A DNA stretch of 64,000 nt from Strigamia acuminata (GCA_949358305.1 OX442314.1:22568001-22632000); one strand, 5' to 3'; positions 1-20,071 are shown, counted from the first letter of the stretch. Notes: generated by a model from the sequence alone, not told the origin. Numbers and translations: made by a program.

Positions 1-5004
<5,004 letters not shown>

Positions 5005-5300
5005 GCTAAAGCAAAGGTTACATATCCTGTAAATGTATTTCGAAATAATGAAAAAACATTTTGGCAACAAGTTAAAACCATTTTCTCGACATTATTATGC
5101 AATTAATAATCATTCAAGAATAATAATTTAAAAAAAAATAAAAAACTACAAGGTTTATTAGTTTGAAAATTCATACCAGATGGCAATATGCAATAGGAAG
5201 TTGTTTTAATACTCCTAGAATATTCTGTCGGTGTTTCTAATTGGAAAGAAACCCGATTCTTCACTTGGTCGAAAAAAAATCCGGTCAAATGGAATCCTGG

Positions 5301-5440
5301 CAGTGTTGGATTGGCCGGGCGGGCTACCAGAAATTTCCCGGTGGCCTGTGGCTCGGTGGCCACCGTGGACCGTCCCTGGCCCACCGTGGACCGTCCCTGG
5401 CCCACCATAGCCTGTCCCTGTGGCCCGACCATCCAGATTT
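5301..5440. repeat. GC-rich island with three 21-bp tandem units and imperfect inverted ends; probable MITE relic
   Basis: Unit (g)cccaccgtggaccgtccctg x3 at ~5358-5420. Flanks ggattggccgggc / gcccgaccatcc are imperfect inverted repeats. A hAT-like start (cagggacggatctac) follows. Confidence 0.55.
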
Positions 5441-5961
5441 CCCAGCAGGGACGGATCTACATAAGGGCTAATAGGGCTTGAGCCCAGAGCCTCCAAATTC
5501 TAGGGGGAGTCCGGCTTCGCCAAAAGTCGAAAATATTCCTGGTCGAAAATAATCCTCCCTCCCAAAAAACTGCATGGCATAATCTCATTAGAATATCCAA
5601 TCAAATCCCACAAATCTCTAGAAAAAAAATATAATTTTCTGCGTACTGTCATCTACTGATAAAAATAAATAAAAAATAAAATAAAAAAATATTATCACAA
5701 ATCATATCATGAAATTTCCCAATACAAATTTCAATTTTCTAAAACAAATATAACAAATTAACCTAAGTTCATCTCGAGTTACGTATGAGTAAAAAGTCAC
5801 TCCACGGCCCTGCCATCTAATGTCAGTAATCTTTAACCTTAAAATATACAAAGGCGCTCCTTTATCGTTCGTGATGGCACCATCAGCCAATCACATACTT
5901 CCATTCCGTGGTTGCATGTGCTAGTGTTTCTGCAGAAGGTTCCTGCTATTTACAATCTCAA

Positions 5962-6946
<985 letters not shown>

Positions 6947-7152
6947 CTGGATTAATATTTGTAAATACTTACAAAAAAAATAATAAACATTGTTAATTAT
7001 ATTAAAATTGAATTATCATTTCATTCGAAGCGAGTACTACCGTGGTGTGAGCAATTAAAATTAGTCATGGATTAATTTATCAACATAAATAAAACATTAA
7101 TATTTTAAACAATCATAGAAATTTTCTTTTAAAAAATATAAAGTGTATAATT

Positions 7153-10100
7153 TCAATTATCATCATCGCTGTTATCAGCACTAATATTTGAATTTTTTTC
7201 TCCACTTCGCATACTGTAACTTCTGCGCAATTTACTAACTGTTTCTAATTCGCTCTAAAATTGAATAAGAAAAAAAATAATTTATTTTTATAATATTTTT
7301 TCACAATAATTCGGAATAATTATTTTACTTTGACTGCTTGAGCATGTTGACTTCGTTTTGATTTGATGAACCTCATGGGGAATGGATTAAGCTCGTGGAA
7401 TGCAATCTGCATAAAATAAATAAACAAAAATGAGTGGTCTCGAGTGTTACCATATTTAGATTTGCAGACTTTCAGGTGTAAACACCCCCTCTTTAATTTT
7501 ATTCATTGGCTAGAACCGGTTTGAAAGGTGGAAGGATTTCAGTGATTGGCGGGCGTGATTCGGTCGGTTCAAGAAGAAGAAAGAGTCTCGTTGCTGCATC
7601 TGTCCACTCCCTAACACATTAACTTTAGTTTTTGTATATAAAAATGAAGATTTTACAAAGTCTAGTTTGCTTTGGATTGTGTCTTGTTATTGTATTAGCC
7701 GATCACAAGAAAGAAGTAAGTGAATTTCATCATCTTACTATGCCAATTGTGGGAATTGCGAGCTGCAATTTGGAAATTAATTAAAGCTACAATGAAATTC
7801 CGGAAATGTTAACGGAATTTGTTGAATTTACAACAACAAAATACATATCTGTATTTGATAATTTAACAAAATTTCTAAGATTTAAAACGTAACAAAATTT
7901 TTATATAAATAATTTCGCAGTTATTATTAATTCATCGGTCAATTTGATTTCGAAATTCGAACATCAAGGTTGAAATCTGATGAGTCATTATATTCATATT
8001 TTGGCCTTGCCTCGATTAAAATTTCCATTTCCAAATTTTTATGATTTTATAATCAGTAATTGGAGACTGATGTGTGTATTGTGTTGCCAAGCAACCAGAG
8101 ACCAAGAGAATATTGGAATGTTGCCTAGCAACCGTCTCCTGATTAGTTAACATCTATTTTCTTTTTTTTTAACAGAGTAAATCAATTCACGAATTCAAGA
8201 AACAATACCACCGTGATTCGAAAGCGGCACACCGAGATTTGTTTGCTAAACAAGCTCACTCTAAGCACGAAGCGCATGTAAACTATATAAAAAAAATTAA
8301 AACGCCATTTCAAAACATCCGACACATTTTTTCATTTCTCTCGTGTCATATTTTTTAGGGCGTTAGAAAACATGCGCCGGAGTTCATTTCCTCGCACGAA
8401 GCTCACATGCAAGCGGATTTGGGTTATAACAAAAAACGCGGACATGGAAATGGAATAGCCATAAACGAAAGACAACTTCAAAATCTCGAAATTGATGCGC
8501 CGCACCCGCAAAAGGTGAAAAAATTAATTAATTAATTAATTACAATTTTGGATTTTTTGTTTTTAATAACTTTGTTAGGGAAAATTAATGATAAAACAAT
8601 GGGAGATGTAAAATTTTGTACAAAATGATGGATAAAATAGTTCCGAATTAATGGCAGTATATTTTACGCATCAAGTGGTTGAAATGACGCAACTTCGCTA
8701 AAATTAGACGGCGAAATTGAGATTTCAAATTGCGATGTATAAAATAGACTGAATGGATCGTTTGTATTAAATCTGACAACTAAAAATGAATGACTTTTTG
8801 AATTTTGATCGATTTAGATTCAAGAACACAAAGCTCTTCACAACACCAACAGAAAACACGACATAAGCACCAAAGATCGTTTCCAGGTTCCTAAAGTTAA
8901 CATGCACAACCGAAATGACAAAAAGGACCAAAAGAGAGCCAAAGGTAAAACAGAAAAGGGGCATAAGAAACGAGGCGAAAAGAAAGCACTTTATCCTAAG
9001 AAAAAGATGTTTTTCCACAAACCATCCGCTATTAAACAATAGATTATATGACCTATTCGTTCAAACATTATTTCCTGTAGTAATACTTATGGATAGTTTG
9101 TGTAGTTCTAATTATAAAAATATTTTGGACCAAGAGGGTTAAGAATGATGCTGAATGCTCAAGTTTTTCTTCAATTTGTCTAAAAAAAAAGGTTTTATAA
9201 GAGTTTCTCATTGAATTAACGACAAAAATTATTTGGTTAAATACGGAAAGCAACGGTGTTATTATTATTATTATTGTTCTGAAAAATGTATCTTTCTATA
9301 ATTAGTTTGTAGTGATTTTATTTTTCCTTCTAAAAAAAAGTTATTTGTAAACATTTATTATTGAAATAAATGCTCTAAAAAAAAACCCAAAAACATAAAT
9401 TTTTTTTAATCGTAATTTCTACTTACGTGAGTAAATCGTTTCACTTCCGTCAAATTTTCGGCAGCTGAACGGAAAAAGCGACTGACTTTCATGACATCGT
9501 TGCAAAGAAGAAGCTCCTCTTCGTGCATCTTGAAAAAAGCGAGTGCGAATCGAAATAAAACCTGAAATTAAATTAAATTAAATTAATTTCTCAAAATATT
9601 TATGAAATACGTTATTACTTTAGATCCTTCGTAGAAAAAGACATCCCAGATGCGAAGATACACGTTATGGGGGATGGCGTCGACAAACACGCAAAGAAAC
9701 CAATTGAAAGTGAACAGCGACACGTCTACACGATGCGCGTCGAAATGCATCTGAAGCCGCGGCAACTTTTCCGATACCAAATCCTTAAGTACACGTTGAT
9801 CGACCAAAGCACCCATCAGCGTCTTGCTGTAATAACCCACTGGCATGATACACTCGACGATGGCAACCAGACACCAAAATGCATCTTCCTCATTCAAAAA
9901 CAAGAGCGCGATTGCAGCTAATCGGTTAAGGCCCTGGCAATAACTGACTTCGTTATTGTGCCAACTGTAAGCCAACAGAACTCTACGTAATCGTGGAATT
10001 CCATCGGAATGTTGCGTCGCGTAGTGTTTGTTATTGGGCAACGTTCGAAGCAGATCCAGTTCGATCTAATAGAGACAAAAATGATCAAATAAAATCGTTT

Positions 10101-13031
10101 TAAATCCTTTTAAAGTCGATTTTACTTGTTTGGCAGCAGGATCTAGACGTGAGACGTCATTGTGAGTCGAAAGTAATGAGTTATAATACCCAGGTTTGAA
10201 TTTATCTTTGATTGGTTTAACCCAGACGTTAATACAACTGGCAAAGAAAATAAAAATGTGAGTTTAAAAAGTGGATTTTGGTATTTTTTTCAATTTTAAT
10301 TTACCTCATCCAAATTTTGCTCTTGTGTTCGAGTGGAATTCCTAAACGTACGAGCGATTTGAGTTCTTGATTTCTGTAGAACCCTTTGTCGCCGATGTTC
10401 AAAATAAGTGTCTCCCATTGGCTGTGTAATAGTTTTTCGTCCGCGTCTTCGATTAGATTTGTGAGGTTCTCGCAGCGTCTCTGATAATTCGACGCCATTG
10501 CTTCGATGGTATCTTCGTCGTATTTGACCTTAGCGAAACCGCATTCATCAAAATCGCTTTGGAATTTCTTTAAGTCCGTGTAATTTGATGGCGGTTGAGA
10601 TAATGCGTCTTCTAAAAGTTGTTTCACAACATCCTGCATTCCTCTTTGTTCGTCGTCTTTTCTTGGCACGTGTAGGTCGTTGAGTAGAAGCAAATACTTG
10701 CTCTTAATCTGGTAATATTTTGCTTCCCATTCGCTGCACCGTCTACGTACAACAACGTTAATACACAAATTAATAATTTAATAACAAATTTTGTAATATA
10801 TATGCACCCAATTGTTTTCACACGGTAGGTATGTTCATAAAAAATATACAATGTACCTGGAAGAATAGGTGATTGGTTCCAGATCTTTAAATTTTGTTTT
10901 TTATTATGCTGTTGTAATTATCAATATAAAAAACGTACAATATAAAATTACAACCAAATTGATTGAAACTAAACATAAACGGAAATAGATTTTATCAACA
11001 AACAAGGAGAATTTCCTAATAGTTCCTAGACAACAAACAAGGGGAATTTCCTAAATAATTCCTACACAACAAACAAGAGGAATCCCCTAAATGTTTTGTA
11101 GAAAATTCTTTAAAATTTAAATCAGATTGGGATTTTAAGAAGGCAATTTTTTTTAAACTTACAAGTTGGTTACATTAAAAGAAATAATGCAAAAACAGAA
11201 TTGAATTTATATTTCTAGACCGTGTTAAATCAAAATAGTGTAAAATAAAGACCGTGTAAAAACAGAATTGGGTGTATATTTACATTATAAGTTGTTCTTC
11301 GCGCGATTCCGATTCTTTTCTAAGTTGATTCAGTTCTAGAATTTCTTTGTTCAAAAATTTATTCTGCAGTTGATATGCTTGTAATGAATCCTAAATTTAA
11401 AAAACGAAGTTTTAAATTAATTTTCTTTTGAGTATATTTAATTAAAACAATAAGCAATACTTTCAAATGTGAAATATCATCTTCCATTGCTAGATTTTTT
11501 GTGCTTCCCTTCATGTCTTGTTGCATCAATGGCCCGGCATCGTTCAACTGACTCATCTGATTTGTTAATTGCACAACGAGTTCATCTTTAACTTGGAGGG
11601 TTTGTTGATACATATCTAATTGTTCGTTCATATCACGAATCTCCATCATACTTTGACTAAACTTACAAAAGAAATAAATCAAATAACAATGTAAAAAACA
11701 ATATCAATAAATTGAAATAATTACTCTAATTTATTCTGCAATTCCTGCATTTCCTTTTCTTTTGTTCGTAGCATGTGAGTTAACTCAAATATTTCCGATT
11801 CTTTTTGATTACTCACTTCTTGCTCGCTGTAAGTGTTAACCACGGCTTTAGATCTAGCAAGAAATCGGTATACAAATAAATAAATAAAATTTAAAATTCC
11901 ATCAGTTTTACAATGAATCGTTTTGTCGTGATAAATATTCAACTTGTGACTGCAAAATATGAACTATTTCACGATTAGCAGCAACATCATCATCCATTTT
12001 CGTTTCTATTTCTTTGGGCGGAGTATTTTTCTCAATCGACTACAATAAAAATAAAATTATAATTTACATCACTAAAATCAGTTAATTTATACCTTTGGTC
12101 TTGCAAATTTCAATTGAAATGACCTTTTTCGTCTCGGCGTTGCTGTGTCTAACTCAGGCGACGATGACAGAATACATTCATCATCATTAATTCTGTTTCT
12201 ATTAGTAACTGAGTTAACAACCTGATCTTTTATGCTGTTAAATGACCAAGTTCTAGCATTTCGTTTTGATTCTGCCGACTCTTCGCCCACATTTCCTTTT
12301 GGACAAGTAACCGGCGAGAATATAGCAGACCCAGCAACGTCCACCAAACTCGGTTCAGAACAAACAGGACTAGATTGCAAAAGTCCACTTTCCGGTCTCT
12401 AAAAGAACATCAAAAAATGATAATTATTATATAAGAAAAACATTTTTGTTTCCTGTTTCCTTTTAACTTACTCCAACTGAGTGCGCGCGACTGAATTTAT
12501 CGCTCATCGAATTCGAATTTCGACGCCTGCAAAATTCTTTCCGCCGTAATTGTAATTCCTGCAGCCAAAACAGAGCAGTTTGCCTGTCATTCGCTTCCAA
12601 TTCATGCAGCTTATCGGGAGTACTGAAATTAAATTGGGTTTAATTAAATCCATTTATTATTGGAGCAGGTGTTTTTTGTTCTAACAAAACAAGTGGATCA
12701 TCTGACTGATAACATATTGAAATATAATACGGCGAATATTATGTTTTGTTGTATACCTAATAAAAAAAATGCCGGGTCGTTCCAAATTGGTTACTTCGAA
12801 GCTGAAAGTGGCACTTGAAACATCAATTTCACCCAACGAGTTTGATTCGTGAGGTGCAGAATAATAATAAAGTTTGCACGTATTTTCAGAAAATGCAAAC
12901 CATCGGCGTTTGCTCGTTTTCATCAAACTTTTCGGTGCTAATTTGTATAAGTAGCCGCATAATTTGTCCTTTTTTCCAACGGGCTCATCATCTTTAGCTA
13001 TCAGCTGGGTGGACACGTGTTGTTCCTCCAT
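7153..13031 (-). CDS. TBC1D2: TBC1 domain family member 2/2B-like Rab-GAP (PH, coiled coil, TBC)
   Basis: N-terminal PH domain (LCGYLYKL..KRRWF), coiled-coil exons and TBC domain (LVRLGIP, QIELDLLRT, YCQGLNRLAA, FTFNWF, RIWDVFFYEGSK). Last exons 7329-7406 and 7153-7254 lie beyond a 2.0-kb intron (7407-9426). Confidence 0.9.
7644..9042 (+). CDS. Secreted His/Lys-rich protein of unknown family, 184 aa, nested antisense in TBC1D2 intron
   Basis: Exons 7644-7715, 8176-8277, 8359-8514 and 8818-9042, joined by three phase-0 GT-AG introns, give one open frame. It starts with signal-peptide-like MKILQSLVCFGLCLVIVLA|DH. AATAAA near 9365. Confidence 0.75.
8083..8132. promoter_or_regulatory. Pair of RFX X-box-like motifs
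   Basis: GTTGCCAAGCAAC (8083-8095) and GTTGCCTAGCAAC (8120-8132) match GTNRCC-N0-3-RGYAAC. Confidence 0.55.
10996..11102. repeat. Intronic minisatellite, 3 x 35-36 bp
   Basis: caacaaacaagRRgaattYcctaa... units start at 10996, 11031 and 11067. Confidence 0.8.
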
Positions 13032-13487
13032 CTGACTAAAATGTGTTTTTTACGGTGCCACGCCCCTCACTTTCCACCATTGGCGCGCCTGACCAACTGC
13101 GCTAATTTCTTTACATTTGATCGCAACATTTCTGCGAAGTTGACCCGTAAATTGAATGTCATGTAAAACGCAAGCCCAAAACAGGTGACACGATCATCGT
13201 CACTTGGCGCCCACTTTTGGCTACTACTCGACTAGTGACATCTAGTTTTAAAAACGTTAGACTTATATACAAATTATATGTTTGAGAAGAAATAAAAAAA
13301 TAAAATGTAAATGTTACTTTAGTTTTGGTTTTTTTTTCCAATATAATTTATTTGATCATTTAAAAATAAAACAATTTCAGTTCGTGCGCTAGCGCGATGT
13401 GTTCTTTGCTTGTGGTGTTTGTTTACATCATGGCGGCGGTTTGAGTTGCCCTTCGTTAGTTAGTTTGACCGCATAATATGAAATTTG

Positions 13488-15411
13488 ATGAAGAAGTTAT
13501 TTTTTTGGTTTTGGGGATTGAGTCTGATGAGTGTAGTGTTAATTCAAACAAGTTACGTCCCCGATGAGTACTGGCAGTCGCTAGAAATAGCTCATCACAT
13601 GATTTTTGGGCGAGTAAATATTTTTGATGGCCTAATGAAAATTATTAAGTCTATTAAATATTGATTACAGATATGGCAAAATTACCTGGGAATGGAAAGA
13701 AGGCATACGAAGTTCTGCCTACCCACTATTTATAGCGATATTTTATAAAATACTCGCTGTTTTTGATTTGGACGATGTTCGTTTACTGGTATAGGTATAA
13801 CATAAACACTGCTCAAATGGTTTCACTCATTTGGTCTATTAATTTACAGATCTACACACCCCGACTCATTCAAGCAACAATTTCAGCTGTCGGTTTAGTG
13901 TATGCATGTAAAATTGCATCAATTTTATACGGGGAAGGTGCTGTCAAGTGGACAGCAGCCGCTTTATCCTCATCTTGGTTTCTATTTTACTGTATGAGTC
14001 GTACATTATACAACACGATCGAAACGACTCTGATTCTCATTGCTTTGCGCTATTACTTATGGCAAAATCATCATTCCAAGTCGGTTAATTATAAATTTCA
14101 ATTTAATCGTTCAATCCTACGACGATAAATGTTTTATTTTCAAGTTATTTAATATTTGCCGCTCTTTCTGTTATTGTTCGACCAACCTCGGCCATAGTTT
14201 TCTTACCTTTGAGTGTTTATTACTTGGTTCGAACGTTGTTAACTGCCCATCACTTGTTTAAAAAAGTATTACAGCTTTATTTTGTAACTGCGTAAGTTAT
14301 GTCTGTGAGACAACAAAATTAAATTCAATACTAAATATTTCTTTTGGTTGCAGATTATTCTCGTTGTTTCTTCAAGTTTTGTTGGATTTTGTATATTACG
14401 GACGGTGGTTGGTCACTCCGTTAAATTTTCTAAAGTTTAATTTTTTGTCTAGTCAAAGTGACCATTACGGCACTCATCCTTGCTATTGGTACTTAACTGA
14501 AGGAATACCAATTGTTTTAACCACTCACATCGTGCCCTTTGTATTTGCTTTGGGAAATCGCGGCAATTTATTTCTACCGGCGCTTTGTGCTTGGATTGTA
14601 GGCATATACAGGTTGCAAAAAAAAATTTATCAATACAAAAAGCACAAGAAATAATTAATTAATATTTTTTTTTAGCTTTTCAGGCCATAAAGAATTTCGT
14701 TTTATATTACCGATCGTGCCCATGTGTTTGTGCATTGTCGGGAATTATTTAAAAATTCTCAGGGATCAATTTCAAAGAAATAAAAGTGGTTTTCGGTAAG
14801 TCGAATTCTAACATTTAAAACAAAAATTAATATTTGATGGTGAATTTTATTTTATTTTTTTTCAGTAATCCAAATACGATAGTTTCGTTTTTATTCCTGA
14901 CTAACATTCCTTTGGTTTTGTATTTTGGAATGTATCATCAAAGGGGTACACTGGATGCTATGGAATACCTTGCAAATGACAAAACGCCAGATAACGAGAT
15001 GAATGTGTTATTTCTGATGCCGTGCCATTCGACACCTGCTTACAGGTCGAAGAAATTTATTTTTTTTAAAAATGTGTAAATAATTTAGCGACTTTTTGTT
15101 ACAGTCACATCCATAGAAATATAAATTTGCGATTTTTGTCTTGCGAACCGAATTTGAAGATGGTTGCAAATTATCAAGATGAATCGGATACCTTTTATGC
15201 AAATCCTGTCGATTGGCTTGCAACGGAAGATTTAAAAACAGTAACACACATAGTTTCCTACGACAGTTTGAGTTCTCAATTATCAGATGTTTTACACGTT
15301 CATCACAAATTATGTGCCAAATTTTTCCACACACATTTTGGGGATGAAAGAGTTGGTAAAAACGTTGTAATATATTGCCATGCAAACAACGAGAATAAAA
15401 CTATTTTTTGA
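13488..15411 (+). CDS. PIGB: GPI mannosyltransferase 3
   Basis: QTSYVPDEYWQSLEIAH..YG.ITWEW..GIRS; SRTLYNTIET; NFLKFN..S.HYGTHPCYWY; GHKEFRF; HQRGTLD; FLMPCHSTP; RFLSCEPNL. Confidence 0.93.
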
Positions 15412-15790
15412 AAGCATTAAATGTGACATTTTGTCGTCTGCTGGCTGGCTGCGCACAGTACGGCTCCCCGCGTTACAGCTTTGGGTAACCAGGAGAAATT
15501 GATGCATCAGCAACGTTCAGATTGCAGAAAAATAGATTTTAGCAAATAAACCCGACCACAAATAGTTTGTTAATTTTTTTTACTTTGACAATTAAAGACA
15601 TAATTCTTTTAGCAGTCTATTTCGAATAGATAATGTGAGCCAACAAAAATTCAACATAAGGGAGCCGTATTGCGGTCATCCACGTATTGATGCCATCTAG
15701 TGAGCTGGTTAATCTTATCACCGACCCTAAAGTGTCGGGGAAAGTCGCACCTGGTTATTCTGGAGTGATGAACCAATATAGAAATTAGCT

Positions 15791-17557
15791 ATGGCGAGTT
15801 CGGATTTTAATGCTAAAAAACGGAACATATTTAGTTTGCTGTTTACTGGTTACGCCAACTATGCGTACAATCGGAAGTGTGTCTCGCTCGCTTTCCCTGC
15901 TCTCTTGGAAGATGGATTGAGCGAAGATGACGCAGGTGATATTTCAAAAACAGCGCTTCATCTTAAGCTATTAATAATTATTAACATGATAAACCGCTAT
16001 TAACTTTCAGGCCTGATTGCCAGTTCTCAAAACCTGGCATTCGCAATCAGTAAATTTGTAGGCGGCATTTTATCCGATCGAGTGTCGGCTCGCATTTTAT
16101 TTTCATGCGGCTTATTTTTAAGTGGCGTCGTATCAATTCTATTTGCATCGTCAACATCAATCACGACTTATGTTTTATTATGGTTTTTAAATGGGATTGG
16201 CCAAGGAGCTGGGTGGCCAGCAGCTGCGAAAGTTATACGTCATGTAAAAATAAAAAATAATAACTTTTTAAATTGTTAGATTTGTTTTTCTTATTGTTAT
16301 TTTCTTATCTTTATTTTAGTGGAGTCCACCCGACGAATTTGGAACATGGTGGAGCGTTATTTCGGCTAGCACCAATGTTTCAGGCGCAATTACTCCATTT
16401 CTCGCGGCATACTTAATATCAAATTATGGTTGGAGATCTAGTTTAATTTTCTCCGGTATAAAAAATTTTTAAAAAAAAATACGAATTACTTTATATCTGA
16501 CTTGAAAATCGTTTAAATCAGGCACTTTATCCGTCGCCATTTCCGTGATTTGTTTCTTTTTTGTCATCGATTCACCGACTGATTTAAACTGGCCCAGTTT
16601 CGCAACCGAATCGAAGAAAGACCGAAAATCACCAAGTATTAAAACCAAATACCTAAAAAAAAAATAAAAAAAATACCGTTTTAATAATCTTTCATTCTTT
16701 CTCTCATTCCAGATACTGACACTTGGAGGGATATAATAAAAAGTCCATTTTTATGGCTATTGAGTGTTTGCTACATGGTTGTCTTCTGCGTCAAAACCAG
16801 CGCGGTTGATTGGGGTCAAATGTACTTGCATTCTGACCTGAACCATTCACAGTATGTGGGTAGGAATAAAGTAAAAATTCCCGAAATCGAGAAAATAAAC
16901 TTTTTTTTTCTATTTTCTTCTTCTATCTTTTAAATCTAGGAAGTGCTTTTACCAGTAGTCTCGAAGCTGGTGGTTTCGTTGGTGGCGTAGCGTCGGGGTA
17001 CATCACCGATTGGCTCATGTCACGACCACACAATATAAACAAAAGTCCGAGAATGCCAACTGCATTTGCGTTTACTGTCGGTGTGGCTGTTGGACTTCAC
17101 ATTTTCAGTTTCTGGATCACGGAAACTTCGTCTCAAGTAATTAAACCTCAACAAAACGAAACAATTCCAACATGAAACTCATTTTAGTTAAGCATCTCAT
17201 CTGTCGGCTTCCTTCTCGGTGCCTGTTCTTACGGATCGATCTCCATCTTTGGCTTAGTGGCTGCTGAAACTGCACCGAGTCATCTGAGCGGCACAGCGTA
17301 CGCTATCGTAGCATTAGCTGCAAATAGTAAGCAAAAATATATAAGCAAAAATGCAACTAAAACGAGCGCTAACGTCCTTTTTCGAACCTCTTGCAGTTGG
17401 TGCTGTTATGGCGGGTCTTCCGTTCAGTTTAATCGCCAAATACCAAGACTGGTGCACGGTTTTCATTTTACTAGAAGTTGTTACGATTATAACGGTTTTA
17501 ATCATGGCGGCATGTTGGAACATACATGGCAGAGTTGAGAAATTAAAACAAAACTGA
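15791..17557 (+). CDS. SLC37A4: MFS glucose-6-phosphate exchanger (G6PT-like)
   Basis: LFTGYANYAYNRKCVS; SKFVGGILSDR.SAR.LF; NGIGQGAGWP; EFGTWWS; KTSAVDWGQMYL; AAETAPSHLSGTA; AGLPFSLIAK. Confidence 0.9.
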
Positions 17558-17792
17558 TTGTGTATATAAAGTTTCTCTGTAGGAATGTTTTTAATTGAAT
17601 GTACAAAGCTCAAAATTAAAAAAAAATAAAAATAAAAATAGACAACCAAATAAAAATAAACTACGATAGTGAAATTATTTTACAGTTCAACGTATGGATG
17701 TTTAGGTTTCCATAACCTCAACATGAGGAACACATACACTTTCAATTTACTTTTTTTATTTTGTTTTTTGTTGATGAATTGAGGAGAAAACA

Positions 17793-20071
17793 CTAATTCG
17801 TCACGGAGCAATTGAAGAAACTAACACACTTATTAGTCAAGCACGCCAATTGTTGCTTATCACCGTTACCAACTAAACAAACATCAGCTAGAGACGGTAG
17901 TTGTAACTCGAGTGTTATTTCAGCAGTTTCAACGTTCCAAACGAGTAACTAATGATGGAATAAATAAAAAATTAGAAAAAAAATATAATGCGTGTAATTT
18001 TATTTAAATTTAATATTCTTACTGCATTTTTGCTTTCATCGCCCACACATGCTAATAATCCCGAATCCTTATTCAAATTAGGAATGAGTGCCGAACGACT
18101 CAAGCGCGACATTTTAGTACCACCTTCGAACGTCTGGTTCACGATGCAAGAACGGACATTGTTTATCACCGATGGATTCGAACTTCTGTTTTCAGATTTC
18201 AGTTCACATAGCTGAAAAAAAAATTTAATTAAATAAAAAAAAAAATGTAAATTCAAATGTTTTCGCTCAAACCTTATGCTGTATGCGAGCATTTTGACCC
18301 GAAGGACGGAAAGATGCTAAAATTTGTCGTGTTTTATAATCAAACGTCAAAGCCGACAAGTTTCCTAAATAAAAAAATATTAAAAAATTAGTTTTTTTTA
18401 ATAATTTTAAATCAGTTTACGGTAATTTTTTTTCTCGACCTTTAATTGGAAGAACGTGCTCCTTGCTACCAGTTGGCGTAAATTCGAGAAAATATATTTG
18501 GCTCATTTGACCGACGAGCAAGCCTCCCGAACTAAACGGCAACGCAGGCTGCGGATCGACGTACACTACGGAAATGTTCGGATGATGCGCGCCGTTGGAA
18601 GGCGCAAATTGCTGAATTTGTGATTTTGTGTTGCGAGTGTCAAACATTAAAACTTTTCCATTCTGCAATCCAGCATAAAATTGCGATGCATTCACTCGGC
18701 TCCACGTGCAACTCCACACGGGCGCTTCCACCTGGTACTTTTGAGCGATGTTATTATTATACACATTGCTCAGACACAACGACTTGTCCGTGCTAGCCGT
18801 CAGCAACATGCCATCGGGTCTCAAAGGATTAAACGCTAAATCGCGTATTTGTTTCGAATGACACACGAGTTCGCTTTGGGAACTCCAATTCAAATATCCA
18901 TTCAACTAAAAATGAAAACAATTCGAGTTATTCGACTGATAAAAACGCGATTTACTACTACTAAAACCAACTTTTGTGTATCCATAACTTTGTGCCGAGC
19001 CCTTCATCTGTTTTGAAACGATTAAAAAATTGGAATAACTGGCGTAAGTCATGACCCGACTTTCTCCCGCTTCGCACACATTTATCGCCCTATCAAAAGT
19101 GAACATGGGCTTCGCATTTTCTCTCCGGTTCGATTGCACCTGGGTAGATTCGATGCGTTTCGTCTCGTCCAGCAATTGACGAAGCCGAGTTAATTCCTTT
19201 TCTTGCAACTGTAATTTTAAACGCTGCTGAGCAGTTTCGATTTCCGCTTTCCTTCGTCCTTCTTTTTCCTTCTGTAATTCTTCCAAAGCTCTATCGCGTT
19301 CAGCCGTATCCAAAGCCTAATTTAAAATTTAATAAGAACAATTTTTTAACACACACAAATTATAAAAAAAAAAAAATCGATCTTACGGTTAAAGAACTAG
19401 CAAAAATAACGCGAATATCGTTGCTTTTCGATTTGCTATTGCAAGTTGGACATCGGGCATCTTTCCGCGACAACCACTTTTTGATGCACGAGTAACCAAA
19501 CACGTGGCCACAACTCAACGACGATAGACGATGATTTCCCGAATTTGTCCACGTTTCAAAACAAATGGTACACGTCTGAAACGCACAATTTCCTCAATAA
19601 ATTCGAGCGATTTGTTTTAAAACAAATAAACAGTACTACTTTACCTGTCCGTCACTTTCGGGAGATAAAATAGTTTGATATTGTTTATTATTTTCACTTT
19701 TTGGAGGCGTGCAAGGTTCTGGAATGGGCTCAACATCCACAGCTTCAATTTCTTGTTCTTCGAGGGACACCACAACATTATCAGTTTCAACAGTTTCTTC
19801 ATCTACGTCCACTTCTATCTCTTCCACTTCCTCATCCGTGCTCGTAGAGCTCGACATACTATCGAATTCGTTGACTTCGTCGTCAAACACCTCCTGTGTT
19901 ATTTTTATTCCACAATATTATAAGAATTTCAACAGTTCCCTTTACAAATTAGTTTGATACCTCCATGGCGAACGAACTGTCTGATTCGGACTCATACGTA
20001 TAGTCGTCATCTTCACTTGTATTATCAATATCTTCGTCAGTGTTCAAACTGCCTGTATCTGGTGAGTCCAT
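17793..20071 (-). CDS. RFWD3: E3 ubiquitin ligase RFWD3 (acidic N-terminus, RING, coiled coil, WD40)
   Basis: RING CTICFETWTNSGNHRLSSLSCGHVFGYSCIKKWL...CPTC; ALDTAERDR coiled coil; WD repeats HSKQIRDLAF, PVWSCTW, YAGLQNG.VLMFDTR. Confidence 0.92.

Noticed and set aside
5103..5496. ORFs with GPGTVHG / GQGRSTV repeats
   Set aside because: By-products of the GC-rich 21-bp tandem repeat, open in several frames and on both strands, with no splice structure.
8767..9142. ORF-track 90-aa minus ORF and 75-aa plus ORF
   Set aside because: Antisense and wrong-frame shadows of exon 4 of the nested secreted gene.
10996..11102. CRISPR-like spacing of 35-36-bp repeats
   Set aside because: Contiguous degenerate tandem units without unique spacers, in a eukaryotic intron with no cas genes.
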